From Macrostomum lignano (lineage: Eukaryota), in assembly GCA_002269645.1 (NCBI GenBank), contig NIVC01002836.1, forward strand, positions 1-64,000: 64,000 nucleotides of DNA, given 5' to 3'. The position numbers and the translations under genes were made by a program. The notes beneath the pieces are model-generated. The model did not search any database, was not told the DNA's origin, and saw only the letters and a list, made by a program, of their open reading frames with translations. Below, piece after piece: positions 49,901 through 63,024 of the stretch (the stretch's first letter is position 1; every line of letters begins with the position of its first letter).

Positions 49901-52900
49901 CTTCAGCGAACCGACGTTGTCTGCCGCGTCGAAGACGGCCGGGGTGGCCGCCGCTCTGCAGACCCGCGTGCTGGAGGGCTTGGAGAAGCCCGCGCTCAGC
50001 CTGGCGGGGCGATACCTGGGACCGGCGTCCTTTAGACCGGTTGGGCGGGCTCTGCGGGTGAGTGCGGAGTGGGGTGTGCAAGGAGTGAGTTGTACAGGCT
50101 GGGTGTACAGGAACTGAGGTGTGCAAGGAGTGAGTTGTACAGGCTGGGTGTACAGGAATTGAGGTGTGCAAGGAGTGAGTTGTACAGGCTGGGTGTACAG
50201 GAACTGAGGTGTGCAAGGAGTGAGTTGTACAGGCTGGGTGTACAGGAACTGAGGTGTGCAAGGAGTGAGTTGTACAGGCTGGGTGTACAGGAATTGAGGT
50301 GTGCAAGGAGTGAGTTGTACAGGCTGGGTGTACAGGAACTGAGGTGTGCAAGGAGTGAGTTGTACAGGCTGGGTGTACAGGGACTGAGGTGTGCAGGGAG
50401 TGGGTTGTACCGGCTGGGTGTACAGGGACTAAGTTGTGCAGGGAGTGAGTTGTACAGGCTGGGTGTACAGGGACTGAGGTTTACAGGGAGTGAGTTGTAC
50501 AGGCTGGGGTGCTGGGATGTGCAGGGAGTGGGTTGTACAGGCTTTGGTGTACAGAGAGTGAATTGTACAAGTTGAGGTGTACAGGGAGTGGGTTGTAGAG
50601 GCTGGAGTGTACATGGGTGTGTTAAATTAGTGTGATGTTTAGGCAGTGGAGTGTACTAGTGTAGAAAATATGGTTTACGTACGGACAGTGACAAGTCAAT
50701 CCTTTCAACCGTACATGTGCAGGTGAACAGTCACGTGACTAAATTGGATCTCTCTCAAAACGGTCTGGAAGCGGAGGGCATGCTGCAATTATCCAAGGTG
50801 CTGAGATCGAATCCCTCGGTGCGAGAGCTGGTAAGTCCGGCACGTTGTATTAGAATTAATTATTTTGGCCTTCATCTGATACTAAGATGTCAAATTTCTT
50901 CCAAAAGAACATTTCGGGCAACAACATTGGCGATAAAGGAGCGATCGCGGTGGCAGATTTGATGAAGTACAACACTGCCATACAGATGCTGGACGTCAGC
51001 GGTGAGGAAGGCGTACGGCTGTATCGGAGTGCTGCTAATTTATGACTGCCCTAGTAGCTTAACTATTGAATCAGCCATTCAACCAATCAATCAATCAGTC
51101 AATCAATCAATCAATCAATTAATCGATCAATCAATCAATTAATCAATCAATCAATCAATCAATTTATCGATCAATCAATCAATCAATCAACCAATTAATC
51201 AATCAATCAATCGATCGATCAATCAATCAACCAATCGATCAATCAATCAATAAATCGATCAATTAATCAATCATTTATTCAATCAATCAATCAATTAATC
51301 AATCAATCAATCGATCAATCAATCAATTAATCAATCAATTAATCAATCGATCAATTAATCAATCAATCAACGAGTCAACAAGCCGATCAATCTATCAATA
51401 TTTTCTGTTGGAACCAACAGACAACAGAATCGGCGACTCGGGCAGCAAATTTCTCGCCTTGGGCATCGAGCAGAACGATTCAATTCGGCAGCTTCGACTC
51501 GACCGCAACTGCCTGTCCGAGTCCGGCGGCCTCCACGTTGGCCGCGCTCTGACTGAGAACTTCGTATTGGAGGAGCTGGACATCAGCTGGTGCCGCGTGC
51601 GCCGCGTCGGAGCGGTCACCCTCTGCCAGGGCGTCGGCAAGAATGTCAGCCTGGCCAGGTGCGGGCTGCTGGCTCTGGTTGGCTGGGACTCCGCACTGTC
51701 CCGCCTCTCCCTCTCCTGTCTCCCACTCCTGTCTCCCTCTCCTATCTCCCTCTCCTGTCTCCCTCTCCTGTCTCCCTCTCCTGTCTCCCTCTCCTGTCTC
51801 CCACTCCTGTCTCCCTCTCCTGTCTCCCTCTCCTGTCTCCCTCTCCTGTCTCCCTCTCCTGTCTCCCTCTACTGTCTCCCTCTCCTGTCTCCCTCTCCTG
51901 TCTGCCTCTCCTGTCTCCCTCTCCTGTCTCCCTCTACTGTCTCCCTCTCCTGTCTGCCTCTCCTGTCTCCCTCTCCTGTCTCCCTCTACTGTCTCCCTCT
52001 CCTGTCTCCCTCTCCTGTCTCCCTCTCCTGTCTCCCTCTCCTGTCTCCCTCTCCTGTCTCCCTCTCCTGTCTCCCTCTCCTGTCTCCCTCTCCTGTCTCC
52101 CTCTCCTGTCTCCCTCTACTGTCTCCCTCTCCTGTCTCCCTCTCCTGTCTGCCTCTCCTGTCTCCCTCTCCTGTCTCCCTCTCCTGTCTGCCTCTCCTGT
52201 CTCCCTCTCCTGTCTCCCTCTACTGTCTCCCTCTCCTGTCTGCCTCTCCTGTCTCCCTCTCCTGTCTCCCTCTACTGTCTCCCTCTCCTGTCTCCCTCTC
52301 CTGTCTCCCTCTCCTGTCTCCCTCTCTTGTCTCCCACTCCTGTCTCCCACTCCTGTCTCCCTCTCCTGTCTCCCTCTCCTGTCTCCCTCTCCTGTCTCCC
52401 TCTCCTGTCTCCCTCTCCTGTCTCCCACTCTTGTCTCCCTTCCTGTCTCCCTCTCCTGTCTCCCTCTCCTGTCTCCCTCTCCTGTCTCCCACTCCTGTCT
52501 CCCACTCCTGTCTCCCACTCCTGTCTCCCTGTCTCCCTTCCTGTCTCCCTGTCTCCCTGTCTCCCTTCCTGTCTCCCTGTCTCCCTGTCTCCCTTCCTGT
52601 CTCCCTGTCTCCCTGTCTCCCTGTCTCCCTGTCTCCCTGTCTCCCTGTCTCCCTGTCTCCCTGTCTCCCTGTCTCCCTGTCTCCCTGTCTCCCTGTCTCC
52701 CTGTCTACCTTCCCGCCTCCTTGTCTGTCTCCCTCCCTCTGTCTCCCTGTCTCTCCCCCTTTCTTTCCCAACCCCAATCCCTCCTACCCATCCTCCCGTG
52801 TCGCTATTCCAATTAACCATGCCTCCGCCACTGCCCCCTGGCAGGGTCAACCTGAGCTGGAACGGCCTGGGCTACGAGGGCGCCCTGGCCCTGTCCAGCA

Positions 52901-55900
52901 TGCTGCAGGCCAACAAGTACCTTCGGGAGTTGGACGTGTCGCACTGCCGGGTGGACTGGCAGGGCGCCAGGCTGATCGCCGAAGGCTTGAGGCTGAACTA
53001 CTCGCTGGCGACTCTGCGGGTGAGGCTCGCGGTTGGGATGCTGCGCACCGGGATGAATGGCTGACAGATTCTTAGAAACATTTGCCAGATTCTAAGAAAC
53101 AACAGAGATTTTAATATAAACGGTTGGGAAATTCTAGCACAAATTGGGAGATTCAACATAAAGGGTCAAGCTTTAATAATGGCCGCGGGATTCTTAGAAA
53201 CGGTCGGGAGTTTCTTAGAAACGTTTTGTAGATTCTTAGAAAGAGTTCTGAGACTCTTATAAAGGGCTGTGAGATTCTTAGAAGCAATCGGGAGATTCTT
53301 AGAAACAGATGTGAGATGCTAAGAAACCTTTGGGAGATTCTTAGAAACAATTGTGAGATGCTAAGAAACCTTTGGGAGATTCTTATAAACAATTGTGAGA
53401 TGCTAAGAAACCTTTGGGAGATTCTTATAAACAATATGTGAGATGCTAAGAAACCTTTGGGAGATTCTTAGAAACAGTTGTGAGATGCTAATAAACCTTT
53501 GGGAGATTCTTAGAAACAGTTGTGAGATGCTAAGAAACCTTTGAGAGATTCTTAGTTTCTAAGAAAAGGCTATGGAAATTCTTAGAAACGGCTTAGGAGA
53601 TTGTTAGAAACGGTTGGGAGATTCTCAGAAGTGATTGTTCATATCCATAATAGTGGAAATTTTTTTATCATTCTTGAAAACACTTCCTAGAGATTCTTTC
53701 AAAAAAGTTCGACTTCGTCAGTTCTTGGAAATTCACATTTTTTACAGTCAATGTGCTTGGAGATTCATACAAATGTGTTTTTTACGAAAATTGGGAGTCG
53801 AGTACCTAACCGGGAATTGTACATGGATATTCTAGCATGATTCTCCACATTGCTTTTTGCCTCTCGCAGATCGGTGGCAACCCGTTGACAACTACCGGCT
53901 GTCTGGATATCCTAGAGGCCCTGACTGCCGACACAAGCGTCATCAGCCTGCTAGATCTCAGGGCAAGTGGCGTTCCTTTATTCAACTTTTATCCAACCGT
54001 TTTTCCAAGATCGCTCCGTGTTTAGCACCAGGGGCTTTAGCACCAGGGGCGCCAGCACCAGGGGCTTTAGCACCAGGGGCTTTAGCACCAGGGGCTTTAG
54101 CACCAGGGGCTTTAGCACCAGGGGCTTTAGCACCAGGGGCTTTAGCACCAGGGGCTTTAGCACCAGGGGCTTTAGCACCAGGGGCTTTAGCACCAGGGGC
54201 TTTAGCACCAGGGGCTTTAGCACCAGGGGCTTTAGCACCAGGGGCTTTAGCACCAGGGGCTTTAGCACCAGGGGCTTTAGCACCAGGGGCTTTAGCACCA
54301 GGGGCTTTAGCACCAGGGGCTTTAGCACCAGGGGCTTTAGCACCAGGGGCTTTAGCACCAGGGGCTTTAGCACCAGGGGCTTTAGCACCAGGGGCTTTAG
54401 CACCAGGGGCTTTAGCACCAGGGGCTTTAGCACCAGGGGCTTTAGCACCAGGGGCTTTAGCACCAGGGGCTTTAGCACCAGGGGCTTTAGCACCAGGGGC
54501 TTTAGCACCAGGGGCTTTAGCACCAGGGGCTTTAGCACCAGGGGCTTTAGCACCAGGGGCTTTAGCACCAGGGGCTTTAGCACCAGGGGCTTTAGCACCA
54601 GGGGCTTTAGCACCAGGGGCTTTAGCACCAGGGGCTTTAGCACCAGGGGCTTTAGCACCAGGGGCTTTAGCACCAGGGGCTTTAGCACCAGGGGCTTTAG
54701 CACCAGGGGCTTTAGCACCAGGGGCTTTAGCACCAGGGGCTTTAGCACCAGGGGCTTTAGCACCAGGGGCGCCAGCACCAGGGGCTTTAGCACCAGGGGC
54801 GCCAGCACCAGGGGCGCCAGCACCAGGGGCGCCAGCACCAGGGGCGCCAGCACCAGGGGCGCCAGCACCAGGGGCGCCAGCACCAGGGGCGCCAGCACCA
54901 GGGGCGCCAGCACCAGGGGCGCCAGCACCAGGGGCGCCAGCACCAGGGGCGCCAGCACCAGGGGCGCCAGCACCAGGGGCGCCAGCACCAGGGGCGCCAG
55001 CACCAGGGGCGCCAGCACCAGGGGCGCCAGCACCAGGGGCGCCAGCACCAGGGGCGCCAGCACCAGGGGCGCCAGCACCAGGGGCGCCAGCACCAGGGGC
55101 GCCAGCACCAGGGGCGCCAGCACCAGGGGCGCCAAAGCTAAATGTACTGCCAACCGACGTAGGGCCTTTTGATCCCGTCCCCCTCAAAACGAATGATTTT
55201 ATCTATCCCATTTCCAGGGCAACAAAGTCACGCCGGACTTCGAGCTGCTCTCTCAGACCATCGGCGCAGGGCGCGAGTTCAGCTGCCAGCACGACGGCGT
55301 CCTGTCGTCGCACGATCTGTTCGGCTGCCGGAACGAGCCCGACGCCAAGGACCCCATGGCCGAGGTCATTGGCTACATGCAGCGCTACCACCTCCGGCCG
55401 CTGGAGCTGTTCCGCTCGTTCGACAAAGACCTGGCCATGCAGATGAACCGGGAGGAGTTCATCGACAGGCTGAAGGTGAATCGGCTGTTATTGCAGGACC
55501 ACTAGAAGTTAATTTACCTAAAGTCCAATCTATCTTAAAAATACGTTACCCAAATAGGCACGCAAGCGCGCGGATACGTACGCAGTCATACGCACAGGCA
55601 CACACTCACACAGGAGTGTACAGCAGCCCTAACTTAATTAATTTATCGTTGGGCATGTACACTTCCCTGTTCCTTATGAGGTTGGCCTTCAAGAGCGTTA
55701 ACTGCCAAGCCGAGATTTCAATTTAGCCCCAAATTCATGCGACTGCACTTGGAATCGAGCCTGGGCCGCTGGCACATGAGAGCACCGTGCTTGACCACTA
55801 GGCTACGATCCCTCTTTGCTTCCTGATACAAGCTTAGGAATCCAGTTGTATAATGTGTTTTCTAATTTCATTTTTAGCCACAGTTACTCGACTAGCCTAA

Positions 55901-57257
55901 AAGTAGTATATGTAAAGAAAACTTCATCTTAAGAATTATAATCACTAGTTAGTAATTAGAAATTGCCTCTCGTTCTGTGTTCTTAGGCTCTGTCCTCCAC
56001 CATAAAATGCCCTATCCGCGCCCACAGACTATGCGGATTACACGCTTGCATTAACAGTTAATCACGTGACACAATGTACATTGGCCACTTTGGCTGATAA
56101 TGTACATGGAAGCTTAAACCCACCCCAGCCATCCAGGACGCGAGCGATGGGGCAAAAAAATACTAGAAACCAAAAACTTTCTAGTACTACTTCCTGAGAT
56201 TTGAGGTTTCGAGCTTGTGAAACGTCCCCAGAGAAGCGACGGAGGCGCAGAGTTTGAGAATGCCGCGTCGGGAACGATGAGGGATCATACGAGCGTACTA
56301 CTGTCTTGATAGTAACTTTATTTAGCATATTCAATTCAATGCGCACTGTGTCGGATGAAGTGTTAATTTATTTCAAAAATCGCAACTTCACCCAGAGAGC
56401 CGGAATCAGCCTGTCCATGGACGAGATGGCAGAGATCGCTCAGCAGATTAATGCTGGCAACAGTACTGCCCAGCAGAACCAGCAGCAACAGCAGAAGCAG
56501 ACTGGCGCGGGAACAATTGCCGACATCAATTTTAAGTAAGTGAATGTACTTGCTTGCAATGTTACTTACACCCAGACCTATCAGTCACCCAGGTCCTATA
56601 GCTTATCGCCTCACAGTGTTTCACCCGCCACTCATCAGTTTGTTTCACCCGCCACCCCATCATTCTGTTTCACACGCCACCTCATCAGTCTGTTTCACCC
56701 GCCACCCCATCAGTCTGTTTCACACGCCACGCCATCAGTCTTTTTCACCTGCCACCCCATCAGTCTGTTTCACACGCCACGCCATCATTCTGTTTCACCC
56801 GCCACCCCATCATTCTGTTTCACACGCCACCTCATCAGTTTCACCCGCCACCCCATCAGTTTCACCCGCCACCCCATCAGTGTGTTTCACACGCCACCCC
56901 ATCAGTGTTTCACCCGCCACCCCATCAGTGCGCCACGCGCTTCAGCGACGGCGCGCACAGGCGGCGCGAGAGAAGGCCCGGGAAGAGAACGCTCAACGCC
57001 GCCTGACCGTCTATCATCGCGAGATTCTAGGCGAAGGCACCGCAGCGGCGGCCGCCGCAGCCACGGTGAGCTGGCAGCTACGCCGACTGTCTTTGTCTGA
57101 CGCCTTGAACGACGATCAGCCGCCGATGTCGGTTGAGCAGCAGCCGCAGGTGGCGGCCAAGCTCAAACTCGAGCCGATTGCTTCAAGCCAGCAGCAAATT
57201 ACTGACAAGAAAAAGCAGCCTACATTAAAGCGAAGTCGAAAGTTTAAAAAGTCTTAG
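46926..57257 (+). CDS. LRRC74: LRRC74-like leucine-rich repeat protein (RI-type LRRs plus C-terminal EF-hand-like region), about 626 aa
   Basis: Exons 46926-47058, 49768-50057, 50723-50830, 50908-51001, 51421-51658, 52845-53019, 53870-53962 (GC donor), 55218-55475, 56396-56535 and 56906-57257 are phase-consistent. Motifs: SDGCSTDLD, LSLAGRYLGP, LDLSQNGL, LDISWC, VNLSWNGLG, IGGNPL, LFRSFDKDLAMQMNREEF. Confidence 0.85.
47440..49720. repeat. 9-bp-unit combinatorial satellite, LRRC74 intron 1
   Basis: Units GAGTGAGGC, GAGTGAAGT, GAGTGAGGT, GAGTGAAGA, AAGAGAAGT and rare GATTGAAGA; about 240 units. Confidence 0.97.
50070..50600. repeat. 45-bp minisatellite, LRRC74 intron 2
   Basis: GAGGTGTGCAAGGAGTGAGTTGTACAGGCTGGGTGTACAGGAACT repeated. 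Confidence 0.96.
51075..51395. repeat. (ATCA)n microsatellite with ATCG/ATTA variants, LRRC74 intron 4
   Basis: Direct reading. Confidence 0.96.
51700..52790. repeat. 13-bp then 8-bp CT-rich repeat, LRRC74 intron 5
   Basis: CTGTCTCCCTCTC, then CTGTCTCC. Confidence 0.97.
53190..53630. repeat. 42-bp (2x21) minisatellite, LRRC74 intron 6
   Basis: GGGAGATTCTTAGAAACA(A/G)TTGTGAGATGCTAAGAAACCTTT repeated. Confidence 0.9.
54020..55135. repeat. Near-perfect 15-bp minisatellite with two variant domains, LRRC74 intron 7
   Basis: AGCACCAGGGGCTTT about 49 times, then AGCACCAGGGGCGCC about 25 times. Confidence 0.98.
55556..55813 (-). mobile_element. tRNA-derived SINE, copy 2 (LRRC74 intron 8)
   Basis: Shares CTGCACTTGGA(A/T)TCGAGC(C/T)TGGG(C/T)CGCTGGCACA and TTTATCGTT(G/A)GGCATGTA with copies 1 and 3. 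Confidence 0.8.
56615..56928. repeat. 21-25-bp repeat ending in CATCAG, spanning the LRRC74 terminal acceptor
   Basis: TGTTTCAC(C/A)CGCCACCCCATCAG-type units. Confidence 0.92.
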
Positions 57258-57755
57258 AAGGATTTCTGCAAGCTTTGCTAAAACTTTTCTGAATTTCAGA
57301 TCACTTATATATAGAAGACTTGTAGCGCAGAAGTAGCTTTACTTACATCAGATGTTTAGATCTTAAATACAAAATCTTTATATCAAGGCCGATCGAACCA
57401 TGGTTGCTTGTTCTGATTACTTGAATTATAAACAAGCTTGTGAAAGGATAAAAAGGTTTCCAAATCAATGCCAAAATATATGCATTACTGAGGTTGTCAT
57501 GAGGACCATCAAATAGCTGATTTGACTCCTTCCTGTTCGAAACCCTTACGCCCTGATCTACAGCTCTGCTGCATCCTGCATGCCACAAGAAACCATCTGT
57601 AAATTCTATCTGTCGAAGTCATTTCTAGAGCTTTGTCATCAGTAGGATAAATTGATTGATGAAGAACGTTTCATCGTGTTGCTATGTGCAATAGAAGTAG
57701 CTCTCGTTGCTTAATACAAGTTACTTAATACAACTTAATACAAGGACGTCAGCTG

Positions 57756-58105
57756 AGGGGGCCGTAGCGTAGTGGTTCAGCAGGGCGCTCTGATGTGCCA
57801 GCGGCCCAGGTTCGATTCCAAGTGCATTAATTTGGTTCCATTAAGTTCCATTAATTTTTGGGGCTGAATTGGAATCTTGGCTTGGCTCTGCTCGTGTACT
57901 TAACGCTCTTGAAGGCTAACCCCAAAGACACAGTAAAGTGTACATGCCTAACGATAAATAAAGTTATGGCCGCTGTACACTCCTGTGTGTGTGCCTGTGC
58001 GTATGACTGCGTACGTATCCGCGCGCTGGTGTGCCTGCTCAGGGGGGGGGGTCAGCTTAAAGTGCGCTAGGGTACACACAGCCCCTGCCTCCCTACCCCT
58101 GCCTA
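57756..58105 (+). mobile_element. tRNA-derived SINE, copy 3 (between the LRRC74 and DPP7 3' ends)
   Basis: GGGGGCCGTAGCGTAGTGGTT (A box) ... GGTTCGATTCC (B box), with the same body and CCCTGCCT tail as copy 1. Confidence 0.82.
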
Positions 58106-59051
58106 CTATTAGTAATCCTTGCCTGCAAACCATATTTGATTAATTTTGATTATTAAGTTTTGAAATGAGATTGATCGAGGTACCAAAATGAACATGCAGA
58201 TTAGCTATCAGATGCCTTTAGTGAATTCAAGCTCTTACCACCATCGATCGTATCTGAAAATTGAATAACTGAAAAAATTGAAGCCATTTGCCAAAAGTTT
58301 TCCTAATAGTCTTCAACTTGGAAGTTAACTCAGCAATTGGTTAGATGAATTCAGCAAATTTCATCTAACCAATAAAGGCGGGTTGAATTAATATTGAGAA
58401 TCTTGAGTAATTAGCTTGAGTAAAAAACATCACTTGATAGGTTGAGCAGTAGAAAATGATTAAATCAATAATAATCAATGAAATAAGCAGATATCGGCCG
58501 CATCTGATCTTAAGCTACTATCAACTCAGTAGTATGATCTACTCTTCCTCCCTCTCCCGAATTCTTATTAGCTCATTTATTTGCAATTCCACGCGAGCCC
58601 TGCACCCCTGTCGTTTTTCTGCCCCCCCCATTTTATTGCCCCTATCGCGCCGCGTCCTGGCTGGCTGGGGAGAAAGGGTAGTTTAACAGCTATGTACATT
58701 ATCAGTCGCCTTTCTATGTACATTTGTTCCTCCGCTTATAACGAAATGTGTCACGTGAGTGATTTGACCACTCTAACAAACTTTCCCGAGCAGAAAATAG
58801 CTGCTTATTTGTTTGCTTGCTACTGAAAATACAAGTAGAATAACAGTAATATTTGATAATTATATCTAATAGAAAAGATAAAGTCGATAACATAATGCGG
58901 GGAATTTCGCGCTGAATAATCACCGGAATATTGTTTGAAAATAGTTGAACATTTTATTGGTAATAATAAAGTAAAGCAAATTAAACTATTAAACTGTCTT
59001 CATTTCCTTTTTGGTTTTGCACTTGATCGATCATAGCATGGTTGGTGAATT

Positions 59052-62000
59052 CTACAGCCGATCGAACTGGCCGTAGTGCAGATAGCTGTCCAGCTGCCGC
59101 TCCTCCATCAGCTCGTGCTGCTCGCCCACCGAGGCCGGGTTAGCCCTACCCTGCCTATTCTCATAGTTAGTAAGCCACTTCTTAATGTAGCTCACGTGAG
59201 TCTGGCGAGCTCGGATAACATCCGGCGGGTCGGCCGGGTTCGAACCCCTGCGGCGTGTAAAGATATTGTGATAGCTAGTTGCCATGGTTACGAAGCATTG
59301 CCTAAATTATTTTGCGTTGAAGCTAGCCAATTTATTTAGCTTATCCAACGTATAACTATGATTAATTAGCCCTCACCTGAGATCCAGATGGTGAGCGCCA
59401 TTAGGGATTCTCACAGCAACCAAATCTTTACTGTTCGGAATGCTTTTCAGCAGCTGCAAGATGAGAGACATATGGGGATAAATTTAGTTATAAATCGATT
59501 ATAGTGTGCGAAATGCTTAGTTAACAATGAATAGATTCGATATATCAGGTGTAGGGTTGGATATATCAGGTGTGGGATCGGATTATTCGGGTGTGGGATC
59601 GGATTATTCGGGTGTGGGATCCGATTAGTCAGGTGTGGGATTCGATTAATCGGGTGTGGGATCCAACTAGTCAGTTGTGGGATCGGATTAGTCGGGTGAG
59701 GGATCAGATTAGTCAGATGTGGGATCCGATTAGTCGGATGTGGGATCCAATTAGTCAGTTGTGGGATCGGATTAAGTCGGGTGTGGGATCGGATTAGTCG
59801 GTTGTGGGATCAGATTAGTCGGGTGTGGGATCAGATTAGCTGGGTGTGGTATCGGATTAGTCGGGTGTGGGATCAGATTAGCTGGGTGTGGTATTGGATT
59901 AGTAGGGGGTGTGGGATCAGATTAGCTGGGTGTGGGATCAGATAGTCGGGTGTGGGATCCAATTAGTCAGTTGTGGGATCGGATTAGTCGGGTGTGGGAT
60001 CGGATTAGTCGGTTGTGGGATCAGATTAGTCGGGTGTGGGATCAGATTAGCTGGGTGTGGTATCGGATTAGTCGGGTATGGGATCAGATTAGCTGGGTGT
60101 GGTATTGGATTAGTAGGGGTGTGGGATCAGATTAGCTGGGTGTGGTATTGGATTAGTAGGGGGTGTGGGATCAGATTAGCTGGGTGTGGGATCAGATTAG
60201 TCGGGTGTGGTATCAGAATAGTCGGGTGTGGGATCAGATTAGCTGGGTGTGGTATCGGATTAGTCGGGTGTGGTATCAGAATAGTCGGGTGTGGGATCAA
60301 AGCACCCCAATGCCAGCTCACTCCGCCATTGTGCCAGGGGTCCAGGTCGCCATTGCTAAACACCAGGTTGCTAGCCGTGTGTATTCTATCGCCCCACATG
60401 AGCACGCCAAGCCATTCAACGTCTGTTTCAACGTTATACTTGTCCTTGCAATAGGCCACTAAACTCTCTGGCGTGAACGCCAAAGGCGGGAACATGTCGG
60501 TAACATTGTCGCTACCGTAGGGCAGGTGCATCTCCGTGCAGGCCTGAAAATCCCAGGCCAAACTCTCGGGGCCGGTGCCGCAGCCCGTGGGGTCGGCGCA
60601 GAACACATACTCCTGATAGATGTCGTGGCACTGCCCGGCTGGCAGCTGGTATACAAACTCTGCGGGAGTTCACGGGTAGATGTGAGATTAGAGACATACA
60701 TGATAGATGTGAGATTAGAGATATGCTTGATAGATGTGAGATTAGAAACATGTTATGATAGATTTGAGATTAGAGATATGCTTGATAGAAGTGAGATTAG
60801 AGACATGCTTGATAGATGTGAGATTAGAGACATGCTTGATAGATGTGAGATTAGAGATATGCTTGATAGATGTGAGATTAGAGATATGCTTAATAGATGT
60901 GAGATTAGAGATATGCTTGATAGATTTGAGATTAGAGACAAGCTTGATAGATGTGAGATTAGAGATATGCTTAATAGATGTGAGATTAGAGATATGCTTG
61001 ATAGATTTGAGATTAGAGACAAGCTTGATAGATGTGAGATTAGAGACAAGCTTGATAGATGTGAGATTAGAGACATGCTTGATAGATGTGAGATTAGAGA
61101 CATACTTGATAGATTTTTAGATTAGAGACATGCTTGATAGATGTGAGATTAGAAATATGTTATGATAGATTTGAGATTAGAGACATGCTTGATAGAAGTG
61201 AGATTAGAGACATGCTTGATAGGTGTGAGATTAGAGATATGCTTGATAGATGTGAGATTAGAGATTTGCTTGATAGATGTGAGATTAGAGATATGCTTGA
61301 TAGATGTGAGATTAGAGATATGCTTGATAGATGTGAGATTACAGACAAGCTTGATAGATGTGAGATTAGAGACAAGCTTGATAGATGTGAGATTAGAGAC
61401 ATGCTTGGTAGATGTGAGATTAGAGACATGCTTGATAGATGTGAGATTAGAGACATGCTTGATAGATGTGAGATTAGAGATATGCTTGATAGATGTGAGA
61501 TTAGATATATGCTTGATAGATGTGAGATTAGAATATGCATAGATGTGAGATTAGAGATATGCTTGATAGATGTGAGATTAGATAATGTATAGATGTAGAT
61601 TAGAAACATGTATAATATCGATGTAGATTAGAGAAATGTAGATGTAGATGACATGTAGACGTCAGATTAGAGACATTCATGATAGATGAGATATCAGAGA
61701 TATGTACACGTGAGATGAGAGACATGTACATGTGAGATTAGACACATGTACATGTGAGATTAGACACATGTACATGTGAGATCCAGCAACTTACCAACGG
61801 CGGCTTTGAGAGCGCTAACGCTGTCGCCGGCCTTCAGCATAGCCGAACAGGAAGCCTAGAAATGAAATGAAAACAATTAGTAAAATACAATCTAAACTAC
61901 TCTGTTAGTAGTCGATACAAGATGATAGATGATGGATGATATTTCGTAAAAATTAAATCGTAAAAGCAAAATGCTACTTATTCTACTAACAGTAAAAATA

Positions 62001-62977
62001 CCAGATATATAAAAATTCGTGAAAACAAAATCCTAATTATTCTACTAACGGTAGAAATAGCAGAAAATAAAGAATTCGTAAAAACGAATAATCCTAACTA
62101 TTCTACTAACAGTAAAAGTGACAGAAAATTTGAATGAATCGCAAAAATAAAATTTAAGCTAGCAGCATTTCTACTAATCGGAGAAACGCTTGAAAACTGC
62201 TAGTAAAGCTTATTTAAAAACGAAGCGCTTAGGCCGCTCACATTAACAGGCCAGGCGGGTAGAGGGGCCATAAACTCGGTCGGATAGGGATAATCTCCCA
62301 TGGCCATGAGGACGAAGGCGTTCCGAGCCCAACCGTACAGCTGGCGCACGTCAGTCTGGTTCTGAATCGGCTTGCAAAGGTTGAACGCGTTGCTCACCTG
62401 TTGCATACCTGAAAATGTGAAATTTTACAGGAATTTTAAACCATTCCCAAATTCATACATCAGCTCATTTATCTGCCGCACTAATTCCCTACTGATACCG
62501 TTATCTTTACTCGCTACTGCATCAGTAAATAATAGTAATAAACGCACCGGATTGACCGCTCTCAACGAGAGATCGAATCCGGGCGAACCCGGAGCGAACA
62601 ATAGTAGGGCATTTGGCGTTTGCCCCGGCGTAGACCTGGAAATGATAACAGATATCATTTACTATACTGGCTACTCACTTTATCTGCAATATGGAATGGT
62701 AAGTAGTATAAACCGAATATACAGTCAGGTATTGCGTAAACAAACATTTGTAATATCGGCAAAGAATGTCTCCGGATGGGTGTCCGTGATGTTGGCTATC
62801 CAGTAGAATGGCGCGCTGCCAACGATACCGCCCTCGATTAGGTTCGGGTACTTGAAGCGCATGTACTGGGTCAGCATGCCGCCGTAGCTGCGGGGTGTGC
62901 AGGTGAGCAGATAGGTTAGATGCTCGTGTACAGACAGACAAACACAGACAGACAAACAGATAGACAGACAGACAAAC

Positions 62978-63024
<47 letters not shown>

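Noticed and set aside
53857-55446. Collagen/elastin-like APGAL ORFs of 390-530 aa
   Set aside because: They are a perfect 15-bp repeat open in several frames on both strands, lying within LRRC74 intron 7.
57757-57830. Functional tRNA gene
   Set aside because: A and B boxes are present but there is no convincing acceptor stem or anticodon arm, and the sequence continues into a body shared by three dispersed copies, so it is a SINE head.
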